Position numbers and translations under genes: made by a program | Notes under the pieces: generated by a model | The model's input: the letters and a program-made list of their open reading frames with translations, nothing else | The model's database searches: none | Told to the model about the DNA's origin: nothing | Assembly (NCBI GenBank): GCA_022650485.1 | Contig: JALCPP010000002.1 | Span: 248,007-280,006 of the forward strand | Source: Oscillospiraceae bacterium | GTDB lineage: Bacteria > Bacillota > Clostridia > Oscillospirales > Acutalibacteraceae | Direction of reading: 5' to 3' | DNA length: 32,000 nt | In this document: piece after piece, positions 17,214-24,950 of the stretch | Layout: each line of letters starts with the position of its first letter | How positions within the stretch are numbered: the first letter of the stretch is position 1

Positions 17214-17251
17214 TTCTGTGTAGAATTTTAAAACTGCGTCGACGATGTTTT

Positions 17252-18202
17252 TTATGGATTGACCAGATTGACGGGGGCTCCCGCCAGATATTGCTTCAGA
17301 TTATCAACGGCAATATCCATCAGCCGCTGCCTGCTTTCTTTTGGCGCCCAGGAGATATGCGGCGTAATCAGGCAGTTTTTCGCGTGTAACAGGGGGTTGT
17401 CTTTGCGAATCGGTTCAGTCGAGACAACATCCAGCCCCGCGGCGTATACTTTGCCTGAGTTTAATGCTTCGCAAAGGTCTTTTTCAACAATCAAAGGTCC
17501 GCGGGAATTGTTCAGCAGGATAACGCCGTTCTTCATCTTCGCAATCGTGTTTTTATTGATGATCCCCTGCGTTTCCGGGAAAAGGGGGCAGTGCAGTGCA
17601 ATGACGTCTGACTTTTTCAGCAGTGTGTCCAGATCGACACATTCTTCGGCGCGGACGAATTTGTCATAGGCGATGACCTTCATTCCCAGTGCTTTCGCAA
17701 TGCTGCCGGTTTTTCGCCCGATGCGGCCGAATCCGATGATTCCCATCGTCTTTCCAGCAAGTTCGATCAAGGGGTAATCCCAGAAGCACCAGTCGGGGCT
17801 GGATGACCAGCGGCCGGCATGGACGGCTTCGCTGTGGTGGGCTGCGTGGTGGCAGATTTCAAGGAGCAGGGCGATTGCCATTTGGGCTACAGCGTCTGTC
17901 CCATAGGAAGGAATATTGCTGACCGAAATTCCTTTTTCCTGTGCCGCCGGCACGTCTACAACATTATATCCGGTTGCAAGAACGCCGATAAATTTGATTT
18001 TGCCGCACGCATCCAGCACATCGCGGCCTAGCGGTGTTTTGTTGGTATAAACGACTTCGGCATCGCCAATCCGGTCGATGACCTGTGCGGGGTTGTTCAG
18101 CGCGGTGCGGTCGTACACAGTCAGACTGCCTAATTTTTCAAAACCGCTCCAGCTTAAATCTCCCGGGTTTTCCGTGTAACCGTCAAGAATGACAATTTTC
18201 AT
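17252..18202 (-). CDS. D-isomer-specific 2-hydroxyacid dehydrogenase (glycerate/hydroxypyruvate/D-lactate dehydrogenase family, 316 aa)
   Basis: NAD-binding GIIGFGRIGRKTG is present. The catalytic Arg/Glu/His region (NNSRGPLIVE...ITPHISW) is typical of the family. SD is ACGGAGGGA. Confidence 0.9.
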   Translation of the reverse strand: MKIVILDGYTENPGDLSWSGFEKLGSLTVYDRTALNNPAQVIDRIGDAEVVYTNKTPLGRDVLDACGKIKFIGVLATGYNVVDVPAAQEKGISVSNIPSYGTDAVAQMAIALLLEICHHAAHHSEAVHAGRWSSSPDWCFWDYPLIELAGKTMGIIGFGRIGRKTGSIAKALGMKVIAYDKFVRAEECVDLDTLLKKSDVIALHCPLFPETQGIINKNTIAKMKNGVILLNNSRGPLIVEKDLCEALNSGKVYAAGLDVVSTEPIRKDNPLLHAKNCLITPHISWAPKESRQRLMDIAVDNLKQYLAGAPVNLVNP

Positions 18203-18217
18203 ATTAATTCCCTCCGT

Positions 18218-19228
18218 TTATAGGGACCGGCAGGAAAGGTGCTTCTTTTTCTTTTCCTGATACAGGATGCGGTCCGCCTGCATCAGAATCTTGTCTGCGG
18301 TGCCTTTTGCCGGAACCGATGAATCGCTAAAGCTGATGTCCGCCTCTTTGTTGTGCAGTAAAACATAGGCCCCAAAAAGTTCTTTCACTTCATCCAAACG
18401 CCGCGTCAGGTCTTTCCGGTCGCCGTAATAGATAATTGCAAATTCATCCCCGCCCCAGCGGCTGACAATGTTACGGCCAAACCCTAAAAACTGCAGGAGA
18501 AGCTCGGATAATTTTTGAAGGACTTTATCTCCCTCCGAATGGCCGTAGATATCGTTTGCCTTTTTAAAGTTATCCACGTCAATTAGAACCAGGTAAGGCG
18601 TAGTGTGCCGTTCTGCAGTAGCCCGCTCAATTGCGGTGTTGAACATTCTTCGGTTGTAAAGGCCCGTCAGCGGGTCAACGTTGGCGCATTGATCCAGCTG
18701 GTCGTTGACCCGTTCATATTCTTTTGCAAATTGCAGAATGATGAAAAAGGAAGCCAGCAGCAACAGCGGAATCTGAATCATGCGGTCAATAAACTGACTC
18801 CATTCCGTGTGTTTTACAATCAGGTCCGGGTGAAGATATTCCACGGCATGCAGTCCCGTAAATACGGCGGTTAGCCCAAAAACAAAAAAGTATCGCTGCC
18901 AGCCGGAAAACAGGTAGATAATACAGATTAAAACCAGAAAAGTGTATCCGATCGCGTTGTTGTTGCTGCCGCCGGAATTAAAAAAGGCGAAAGGAAGAAA
19001 CAGAAAGATGATAAACGCAAAAACCGCGAACATGGTATGAGCCCGGTACGTTTTATGGTGCGAAAAGAAAAGCGCCGCAGTACATACACAAAAAAGCCCA
19101 AACCATTTGAAATTTACCTGCAGAGGGAATGTGCCCAGGCAATTCCCCAGGATGCAAATCATGGACAGTCCCATTCCCGAAAGTAGAATTGCCTTATATA
19201 AACGGACCTGAATATCAGACCGCTTCAT
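18218..19228 (-). CDS. Membrane-anchored diguanylate cyclase (GGDEF domain)
   Basis: A multi-TM N-terminal half is followed by DPLTGLYNRR...LIDVDNFKKANDIYGHSEGDKVL...RWGGDEFAIIY with an intact GGDEF. No RxxD I-site lies 5 residues upstream. I chose ATG 19228 (SD GGTGGA) rather than the track ATG at 19255, which has no SD. Confidence 0.9.
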   Translation of the reverse strand: MKRSDIQVRLYKAILLSGMGLSMICILGNCLGTFPLQVNFKWFGLFCVCTAALFFSHHKTYRAHTMFAVFAFIIFLFLPFAFFNSGGSNNNAIGYTFLVLICIIYLFSGWQRYFFVFGLTAVFTGLHAVEYLHPDLIVKHTEWSQFIDRMIQIPLLLLASFFIILQFAKEYERVNDQLDQCANVDPLTGLYNRRMFNTAIERATAERHTTPYLVLIDVDNFKKANDIYGHSEGDKVLQKLSELLLQFLGFGRNIVSRWGGDEFAIIYYGDRKDLTRRLDEVKELFGAYVLLHNKEADISFSDSSVPAKGTADKILMQADRILYQEKKKKHLSCRSL

Positions 19229-19317
19229 AGTTCCACCATTCTTCCTTTTACGCATAAAAGTTAAGAGTAGAGCATTGTAGAATCTTATCTAAACTGCAAC
19301 ACTGATTTTCTACCTTA

Positions 19318-19346
19318 ATTATATCAAAAAGCCCGCGGCAATGCAA
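19318..19346 (-). promoter_or_regulatory. Candidate sigma-A promoter for the GGDEF/dehydrogenase operon
   Basis: On the minus strand: TTGCAT (19346-19341), 17-nt spacer, TATAAT (19323-19318). Confidence 0.5.
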
Positions 19347-19514
19347 AAAAAATCGGTGGCACAGGGCAAAAATAAAAACGCTGCCGAGCCATTCGCAGAC
19401 GGATGACCGGAGCGCTTTTCAGGTTGGAACAAGCCAGTGCATTTCCTTTCAAATTCCGCGGGGAAAGCGGACGGAATATCGGCAGGATTCCTTTCTCTTC
19501 CAGGGAAGATTGTC

Positions 19515-19542
19515 TTGTACTTCTTCGATTCTTTGATATAAT
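19515..19542 (+). promoter_or_regulatory. Candidate sigma-A promoter for the split yeeE-tusA operon
   Basis: TTGTAC (19515-19520), 16-nt spacer, TATAAT (19537-19542), about 40 nt upstream of the ATG at 19584. Confidence 0.5.
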
Positions 19543-19583
19543 GAAATCAAACTTTAAGAACAACAACAGAGAAGGGTGGTTTT

Positions 19584-20276
19584 ATGCCTTCAGATGGTCT
19601 GAATGATCTAATACAGGAAAGACAGAAAAGCCGGCATGCGCAGCGGAAAAATCAGGTTCCATATGCGATGATTTTGCTGGTTCTTTCCTGTGTATACGCG
19701 TTTTTTTTGTGGCGGGACGGGCGCGGATATACCGCTTTCTGGTTAGTGGGCATCGCGCTGGGCTTTGTCATGAGAAATTCCCGCTTCTGTTTTGCGGCGA
19801 CTTTTCGGGACGCGTTCCTGTTTAAAAACACCAAACTGATGCGTGCCCTGATTCTGTCGCTTATCATCGGGACTCTCGGATTTGCGGCAATTCAGTTTCA
19901 GTATCTTAGAAATCATCCGGGTGCGGGGTATGACGAAATTCCGGGAATTTTTGATTCGGTTGGTCTGCATACCGTGATCGGCGCGTTCCTTTTTGGCGTG
20001 GGCATGGTGATTGCGGGCGGGTGTGCCGCCAGTGTGCTGATGAGAATTGGAGAAGGGCATGCGCTGCCGCTGATTACTCTTTTGGGATTTTTTATCGGAA
20101 CTACGCTGGGTGCGAAAGATTATCCGAACTGGTACGGCAGCATGATTCAAAACACCGGCGTGGTCTATCTTCCGGAATATATGAACTTTGGTGCCGCCGT
20201 GTTTTTGCAAATCGCTGTTTTAGCGGCTTTATACCGTCTGGCGCTGTGGTTTCAAAATCGGAAGCCGGAGAAATGA
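19584..20276 (+). CDS. YeeE/YedE-family sulfur-compound transporter, N-terminal-half protein (230 aa)
   Basis: Polytopic. It carries two of the three Cys motifs of full-length YeeE: NSRFCFAATFRD and IAGGCAASVLMRIGEG. SD is AGAAGGGTGG. Confidence 0.85.
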   Translation: MPSDGLNDLIQERQKSRHAQRKNQVPYAMILLVLSCVYAFFLWRDGRGYTAFWLVGIALGFVMRNSRFCFAATFRDAFLFKNTKLMRALILSLIIGTLGFAAIQFQYLRNHPGAGYDEIPGIFDSVGLHTVIGAFLFGVGMVIAGGCAASVLMRIGEGHALPLITLLGFFIGTTLGAKDYPNWYGSMIQNTGVVYLPEYMNFGAAVFLQIAVLAALYRLALWFQNRKPEK

Positions 20277-20290
20277 TAGGGAGAGGTTTC

Positions 20291-20515
20291 ATGAAAGTCA
20301 GGGATTTGGATTGTTTATATGAGGTTTGTCCGATTCCTTTAATCAAAGCCGTGAAAGAGCTGAAAAAGATGAATTCAGGGGACGTTTTGGTTGTTCATTC
20401 GGATGAAAGCTGCGTTGGGGTGATGATGGAAGAATGGGCCAAGCAAAATCATTATTCCATTCAGATTGAAGAACCGAAGGACGGCGAATGGGAAATTTAT
20501 CTTCAGAAGCCGTGA
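20291..20515 (+). CDS. tusA: TusA/YeeD/SirA-like sulfur-carrier protein (74 aa)
   Basis: DCLYEVCPIPLIKAVKELKKMNSGDVLVVHSDE is the conserved Cys-Pro persulfide-carrier motif and fold pattern. SD is GGGAGAGG. The gene is hidden inside a longer out-of-context track ORF (20021..20515). Confidence 0.85.
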   Translation: MKVRDLDCLYEVCPIPLIKAVKELKKMNSGDVLVVHSDESCVGVMMEEWAKQNHYSIQIEEPKDGEWEIYLQKP

Positions 20516-20541
20516 ATTTTGGAAAGGACGGAACGGATGCA

Positions 20542-21060
20542 ATGAAACGATGGCTCAAAAAGCCCTGGCCTTACTGGGCGGGGGGTGTGCTGCTCGGCTT
20601 GCTGAATATTCTTCTGCTTGCTGTCAGCGGCACTGTGTGGCAGGTGTCCGGCGGATATTTGCTGTGGGCTGCCGGAATTTTGGAGCGGTTCGGCTTAAAA
20701 CCGTTTCAATGGGATTACTTCCAGTCTTTTCAGCCAAGGTATGCCGAAATTATTGCCACGCATTCTGTTTTTTTCAACCAATACACGATTCTGAATCTGG
20801 GTGTTGCTGCGGGTGCGCTGATCGCGGCTCTGCTGGCTTCTCAGTTTAAACTGGGAAAGATAAAAGGCTGGAAGCAGGCCGCGTTTGCCCTGCTTGGCGG
20901 CATCCTGATGGGGTATGGGTCCAGACTGACGGGCGGCTGCAACATCGGCGGCTTTTTCAGTGGAATTCCGTCTCTGTCGCTGCACGCGTGGGTATTTTGG
21001 ATTTTTGCCATGGCGGGCGCCTGGCTTGGAGCAAAACTGTTAATCCGGTTTATGACGTGA
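20542..21060 (+). CDS. YeeE/YedE-family sulfur-compound transporter, C-terminal-half protein (172 aa)
   Basis: Polytopic. It carries the third YeeE Cys motif, SRLTGGCNIGGFFSG. I chose ATG 20542 (MKRWLKKPW..., SD GGAAAGGACGG) rather than the track start at 20488. Confidence 0.85.
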   Translation: MKRWLKKPWPYWAGGVLLGLLNILLLAVSGTVWQVSGGYLLWAAGILERFGLKPFQWDYFQSFQPRYAEIIATHSVFFNQYTILNLGVAAGALIAALLASQFKLGKIKGWKQAAFALLGGILMGYGSRLTGGCNIGGFFSGIPSLSLHAWVFWIFAMAGAWLGAKLLIRFMT

Positions 21061-21066
21061 CCGGGT

Positions 21067-21957
21067 TCAGCAGAATCCGCGCTGGGTGGAATGAATAAAT
21101 TCGATAAAGTTTTTCTCCTGTTCCGACGGAACGGAATCTTTTCGGTAAGCCATGTTATAGTTAAAAACAATTTTCAGCTGATCGGTTTTGATCTGCTTTA
21201 AAGTGCCTTCTTTCAGCTCTTTTTTAATCATTAGTTTTGGTAAAAATGAAAATCCTTTTCCCGCTGAAATGGAGGATTTAATCGCTCCGGGGGAATCCAG
21301 ATTATAAATTACGTTTAATTGGTCTAAGCTGACGCCTTTTTTCTGCAGGGCTTCTTCCAGCAGGTACCTTGTGCCGGAAGTCTGTTCCCGCAGAATGAGC
21401 GGCAGCTTTTTTAGTTCTTCCAACGTAATTTCACCTTGACTGCCGTCTGCGCATCCGGCAAGAACAATCTCATCCGAAATGATGGGGCTTGCGACGATCT
21501 CATCCATCCGCGGGTGGTCCTGAATGATGCCCAGGTTGATGGTGTGATCCAGAAGTTTTTTAATCACCTCGGTGGAATTCATCAGCTTGATGTGAATGTC
21601 AACCTCTTCGTAAAACTTTTTAAAAATATAGAGGCTGCAGGGAAGAGCGTATTCCCCAACGGCGTAGCAGGAACCGATGATAAGCTTCGGGTGGCTTTCC
21701 TGAAGGCTTTTTAAATCCCTTTTGATATTGCCCTTCAGCGAAAGAATGGTGACGGCATAGTTGTAGACTACTTTTCCCTCTTCCGTCAGCTGTACCCCTT
21801 TGTTGCTGCGGTCCAACAGCTTGGTTCCCATTTCGTTTTCCAAATTTTTCAGCTGCAGGCTCAGCCCCGGCTGTGTCAGGTGCAGAGCGACGGCCGCCTT
21901 GGAAATATTGTTGTATTTTACGGCAGTGTAAAAAGATTCCAGGTATTGAAAGTTCAT
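21067..21957 (-). CDS. LysR-family transcriptional regulator
   Basis: The N-terminal HTH is MNFQYLESFYTAVKYNNISKAAVALHLTQPGLSLQLKNLENEMGTKLLDR, with a C-terminal LysR substrate-binding domain. I chose ATG 21957; the track TTG at 21972 adds 5 residues. It is divergent from tauCAB. Confidence 0.9.
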   Translation of the reverse strand: MNFQYLESFYTAVKYNNISKAAVALHLTQPGLSLQLKNLENEMGTKLLDRSNKGVQLTEEGKVVYNYAVTILSLKGNIKRDLKSLQESHPKLIIGSCYAVGEYALPCSLYIFKKFYEEVDIHIKLMNSTEVIKKLLDHTINLGIIQDHPRMDEIVASPIISDEIVLAGCADGSQGEITLEELKKLPLILREQTSGTRYLLEEALQKKGVSLDQLNVIYNLDSPGAIKSSISAGKGFSFLPKLMIKKELKEGTLKQIKTDQLKIVFNYNMAYRKDSVPSEQEKNFIEFIHSTQRGFC

Positions 21958-22045
21958 AAATGTCACATCCAAATAAAAATCACTTCTATTGTATCATTAC
22001 TTTGTTAAAAAATAAACCCGGCATTCAGAAGGGCATAGCGAACTC

Positions 22046-22058
22046 TTATGCAGGATAA
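22046..22058. promoter_or_regulatory. T-N11-A dyad TTATGCAGGATAA, candidate LysR-type regulator binding site
   Basis: TTAT-N5-ATAA fits the generic LysR T-N11-A rule, and a further TTAT lies 7 bp downstream. The site is about 12 bp upstream of the weak -35 of the tauC promoter candidate. Confidence 0.3.
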
Positions 22059-22069
22059 CAAATCCTTAT

Positions 22070-22098
22070 TAGAATTTTGGGCTACTGTGTATTATAAT
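22070..22098 (+). promoter_or_regulatory. Candidate activator-dependent promoter for tauCAB
   Basis: Perfect TATAAT (22093-22098) with a poor -35 (TAGAAT/TTAGAA, 17-18 nt spacing), as expected for a LysR-activated promoter. Confidence 0.4.
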
Positions 22099-22222
22099 GA
22101 CAATAGATTGAGATTTAATTAACAAGCACGCGAAATGGGGCGACAATCAGCGCTGCACCAGGTGCTCTGGGCGGGGCGGACTGAATGGAGGCGATGGGAC
22201 GATCATTACCAATCGAAAACGT

Positions 22223-22984
22223 TTGTTTGAAAAAGTACTGACATTCGGAACCATCGCCGTTATTCTGGCTTTGTGGTTTGCGGTTACGGGATTGCAGTTG
22301 GTTGACCCCAAACTGGTGCCGTCCCCCCAGTCCGTTTGGACTGCTTTTCTGGATATTGCGCAGAACGGATACCGCAACCGAACTCTTTTTCAGCATATTG
22401 GGGCGAGTTTGGGCCGGCTGATTGCGGCATTTCTACTTGCCGCAGCCGCGGCGGTCCCACTGGGCCTGGCAAGCGGGTTTAACGCTAAGATACGAGCGGT
22501 ATTGGAGCCGGTCATCGAGTTTTACAGACCGCTTCCGCCCCTTGCGTACTACACAATTTTGGTCTTATGGCTGGGAATTGGGGACCAGTCTAAGATTGCG
22601 CTTCTCCTGCTGGCCTGCTTTGCACCGGTTTATGTTTCCTGTGTTGCCGCGGTGATAAAAATTAATCAGGATTACCTGAACTGCGCGTATGCGGTGGGGG
22701 CCGGGCGGTGGCAGGTGTTCCTCCATGTGGTGTTCCCTGCCTGTCTGCCCGATGTGCTGACGGGACTGCGAACGGCTCTGGGGGTTGGATACACGACGCT
22801 GGTATCGGCAGAAATGGTCGCGGCGACCTCCGGACTTGGCTGGATGGTACTGGATGCCAGCCGCCTTTTAAGAAGCGACATCACTTTTTTGGGAATTATC
22901 ATTATGGGGATTACCGGGGTCCTGATGGACCGGGGCCTGCGGCTTTTGGAGCGCAGACTGGTTCCCTGGAAAGGAAAAGAATAA
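22223..22984 (+). CDS. tauC: Taurine/aliphatic-sulfonate ABC transporter permease
   Basis: EFYRPLPPLAYYTILVLWLGIGDQSKIALL, VFPACLPDVLTGLRTALGVGYTTLVSAEMVAATSGLGWMV and the C-terminal LERRLVPWKG closely parallel E. coli TauC as I recall it. The start is uncertain: the TTG at 22223 has no SD (see findings). Confidence 0.85.
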   Translation: MFEKVLTFGTIAVILALWFAVTGLQLVDPKLVPSPQSVWTAFLDIAQNGYRNRTLFQHIGASLGRLIAAFLLAAAAAVPLGLASGFNAKIRAVLEPVIEFYRPLPPLAYYTILVLWLGIGDQSKIALLLLACFAPVYVSCVAAVIKINQDYLNCAYAVGAGRWQVFLHVVFPACLPDVLTGLRTALGVGYTTLVSAEMVAATSGLGWMVLDASRLLRSDITFLGIIIMGITGVLMDRGLRLLERRLVPWKGKE

Positions 22985-23013
22985 AAGACACAAAGGGAAG
23001 GGGGATGTTTTTG

Positions 23014-24048
23014 ATGAAGTGCGGTAAATTGTTCCGTGTCCTTATCATGGCGCTTTCGGCAGCCTTGCTGTTTGCGGGCTGTTCCGCTGCAAAAAACGCG
23101 GGCGGTGCCGGGGATTCCGGCCAGCCGGAGGTTGTCAATATCGGAACCCAGCAGATGCCGAACGATGAAAGAATTGCGATTGCGAAAGACTACTTTGAAG
23201 AAGAACTCGGTGTAAAAGTGAACATTGTGGAATTTCAGGCCGGAGATATCCGGAATGCCATGATTGCAAAGAACATTGATTTTGCTCTGCTTGGTTCTGC
23301 TTCCGCCACCCTTGGAATTGCAAACGGGATGAACGTTGAACTGATTTGGGTTCATGAAGTCCTGGGGGATGCGGAGCAGCTGGCTGCAAAAAATGGTTCC
23401 GGCATTCGGTCCGTTCAGGACCTGAAGGGAAAGAAGATTGCAACCGCCTTTACCACGACTGCACATTACAGCCTGCTGAAGGCTTTGCAAAAAAATGGAA
23501 TTTCAGAAAAAGACGTTACGCTGCTCGATATGCAGATGCCCGATCTCTATGCGGCGTGGCAGCGGGGCAATATTGACGCGGCCTATGCTTGGGAGCCGAC
23601 CCTGTCTAAATTGTTAAAAGACGGGACTTCCCTCCTTTCCAGTGAAGATCTGGCGGCCAGCGGGGTTATCACTTCCAATGTGGAGATTGTACGAAAAGAA
23701 TTTGCTCAGCAGTATCCGCAGATTGTCACAAATTATGTGAAGGCTTTGAACAAGGCGGTCGAACTGTACCGCCAGAATCCGGCAGAAGCGGTTGGAACGG
23801 TTGCACAGGCTTTGAATCTTTCCGAAGAGGAAACGGCGAAACAGATGCAGGGTTCCACCTGGCTCAATGAGGAAGAACAACTGTCTTCCGATTATCTGGG
23901 TACCAGTTCCCAAAAAGGCAGGATTGTAAACTCCCTGAAAGATACGGCGGATTTTTTGTACGAACAAAAGAGCCTGGTTTCCGAACCAAAGCTCGAAACC
24001 TTTGAACAGGCCGTCAACCCAGCCTATGTTGAGAAAGCCCTGCAATAG
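23014..24048 (+). CDS. tauA: Taurine/sulfonate ABC transporter substrate-binding lipoprotein
   Basis: The signal peptide has the lipobox LFAGCSA. TTAHYSLLKALQKNGI and AAWQRGNIDAAYAWEPTLSKLLKDG match the TauA blocks TTHYSLLAALKHWGI and AAWQRGDIDGAYVWAPA as I recall them. The start is ATG 23014 (SD GGGAAGGGGG) or ATG 23005. The track ORF start at 22708 is an artefactual extension overlapping tauC. Confidence 0.85.
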   Translation: MKCGKLFRVLIMALSAALLFAGCSAAKNAGGAGDSGQPEVVNIGTQQMPNDERIAIAKDYFEEELGVKVNIVEFQAGDIRNAMIAKNIDFALLGSASATLGIANGMNVELIWVHEVLGDAEQLAAKNGSGIRSVQDLKGKKIATAFTTTAHYSLLKALQKNGISEKDVTLLDMQMPDLYAAWQRGNIDAAYAWEPTLSKLLKDGTSLLSSEDLAASGVITSNVEIVRKEFAQQYPQIVTNYVKALNKAVELYRQNPAEAVGTVAQALNLSEEETAKQMQGSTWLNEEEQLSSDYLGTSSQKGRIVNSLKDTADFLYEQKSLVSEPKLETFEQAVNPAYVEKALQ

Positions 24049-24069
24049 GGCGCGGTGGGAGGACTCTGT

Positions 24070-24879
24070 GTGAATCAATTAAGGCAAAAGCAGGAAGAAC
24101 CGCTTCTTGCGCTGAACCATATCAGCTTTCGGTACCCCGCAAAAAAAGACGAGATTACCGCCCTGCGCAGCCTGAGCTTTACCGTGGAAACGGGTGAGTT
24201 TCTCTGTGTCCTTGGCCCTTCCGGATGCGGAAAGAGCACCTTGTTGAGAATGATCGCAGGATTTCTCAAGCCGACTCAGGGAGAAATCCGGATGGACGGC
24301 CGGCGCATACAGGGGCCGGACTGGCACCGGGGTGTCATTTTTCAGGCGCCTACCTTATATTCTTGGCTGAATGTGCGGGAAAATATCGCTTTCGGCCTCA
24401 AAATGAGAAAAACAGCGAAAGACGAAATCCGTAATGTAACGCAGAGTTATATTGAGAGGGTCGGTTTAAAGGGCTTTGAAACAAAGAAGCCCTATGAACT
24501 TTCGGGTGGGATGAAGCAGAGGGTTTCGCTTGCCAGGGCTTTGGTAAACCAACCGGATCTTCTTCTGATGGATGAACCGCTTGGGGCGCTGGATGCGCTG
24601 ACACGGCAGGATATGCAGGCTTTGGTCCGTAAAATCTGGCACGAAACGGGAAACACGGTTTTGCTGGTTACGCATGACGTGGATGAAGCGCTGGCGCTTG
24701 GTACAAGAATTATGGTGCTGTCAAGCAGACCTGGCAGAATTCTGAATGAGTTTTATCCGGACTTTACCCGCCGGTTTCTCAGCGGTGACGGGGAAGAAGT
24801 TCAGTATTTACCCGAATATCTGGCAATGCGCAGAGAAATCATGAAGGAAATGATCCGCGAGAGCGGGCCGGCAGAATGA
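24070..24879 (+). CDS. tauB: Taurine/sulfonate ABC transporter ATP-binding protein
   Basis: Walker A GPSGCGKST, signature LSGGMKQRVSLARAL, Walker B LLLMDEPLGALD, H-loop VTHDVDEA. It belongs to the NitT/TauT family. The start is GTG 24070 (SD GGTGGGAGGA, 6 nt upstream) or GTG 24055. Confidence 0.9.
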   Translation: MNQLRQKQEEPLLALNHISFRYPAKKDEITALRSLSFTVETGEFLCVLGPSGCGKSTLLRMIAGFLKPTQGEIRMDGRRIQGPDWHRGVIFQAPTLYSWLNVRENIAFGLKMRKTAKDEIRNVTQSYIERVGLKGFETKKPYELSGGMKQRVSLARALVNQPDLLLMDEPLGALDALTRQDMQALVRKIWHETGNTVLLVTHDVDEALALGTRIMVLSSRPGRILNEFYPDFTRRFLSGDGEEVQYLPEYLAMRREIMKEMIRESGPAE

Positions 24880-24950
24880 TCCGAAAATCCGGGTTGAACA
24901 TGTGAAATAACCGGACAAAGGGCTACAAAACATAATGCTAAGTCAATTAG

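Noticed and set aside
16702-17250. T-box, L-box or S-box leader for the amino-acid ABC operon
   Set aside because: I read the minus strand for the T-box core (GGGTGGNACCGCG-like), the lysine riboswitch AGAGGNGC start and the SAM-I conserved blocks and found none. A plain promoter 45 nt upstream of the SBP start explains expression. An Rfam scan would be needed to be certain.
22002-22019. Second Rex box near the lysR start (TTGTTAAAAAATAAACCC)
   Set aside because: Only the left half-site matches. The right half matches 4/7 positions, so this is probably a chance hit in an AT-rich spacer.
22708-23013. N-terminal 100-residue extension of the TauA ORF in the track (446 aa)
   Set aside because: The extension overlaps tauC in another frame and is Gly/Arg/Pro-rich nonsense. 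A textbook lipoprotein signal peptide with an SD begins at 23005/23014.
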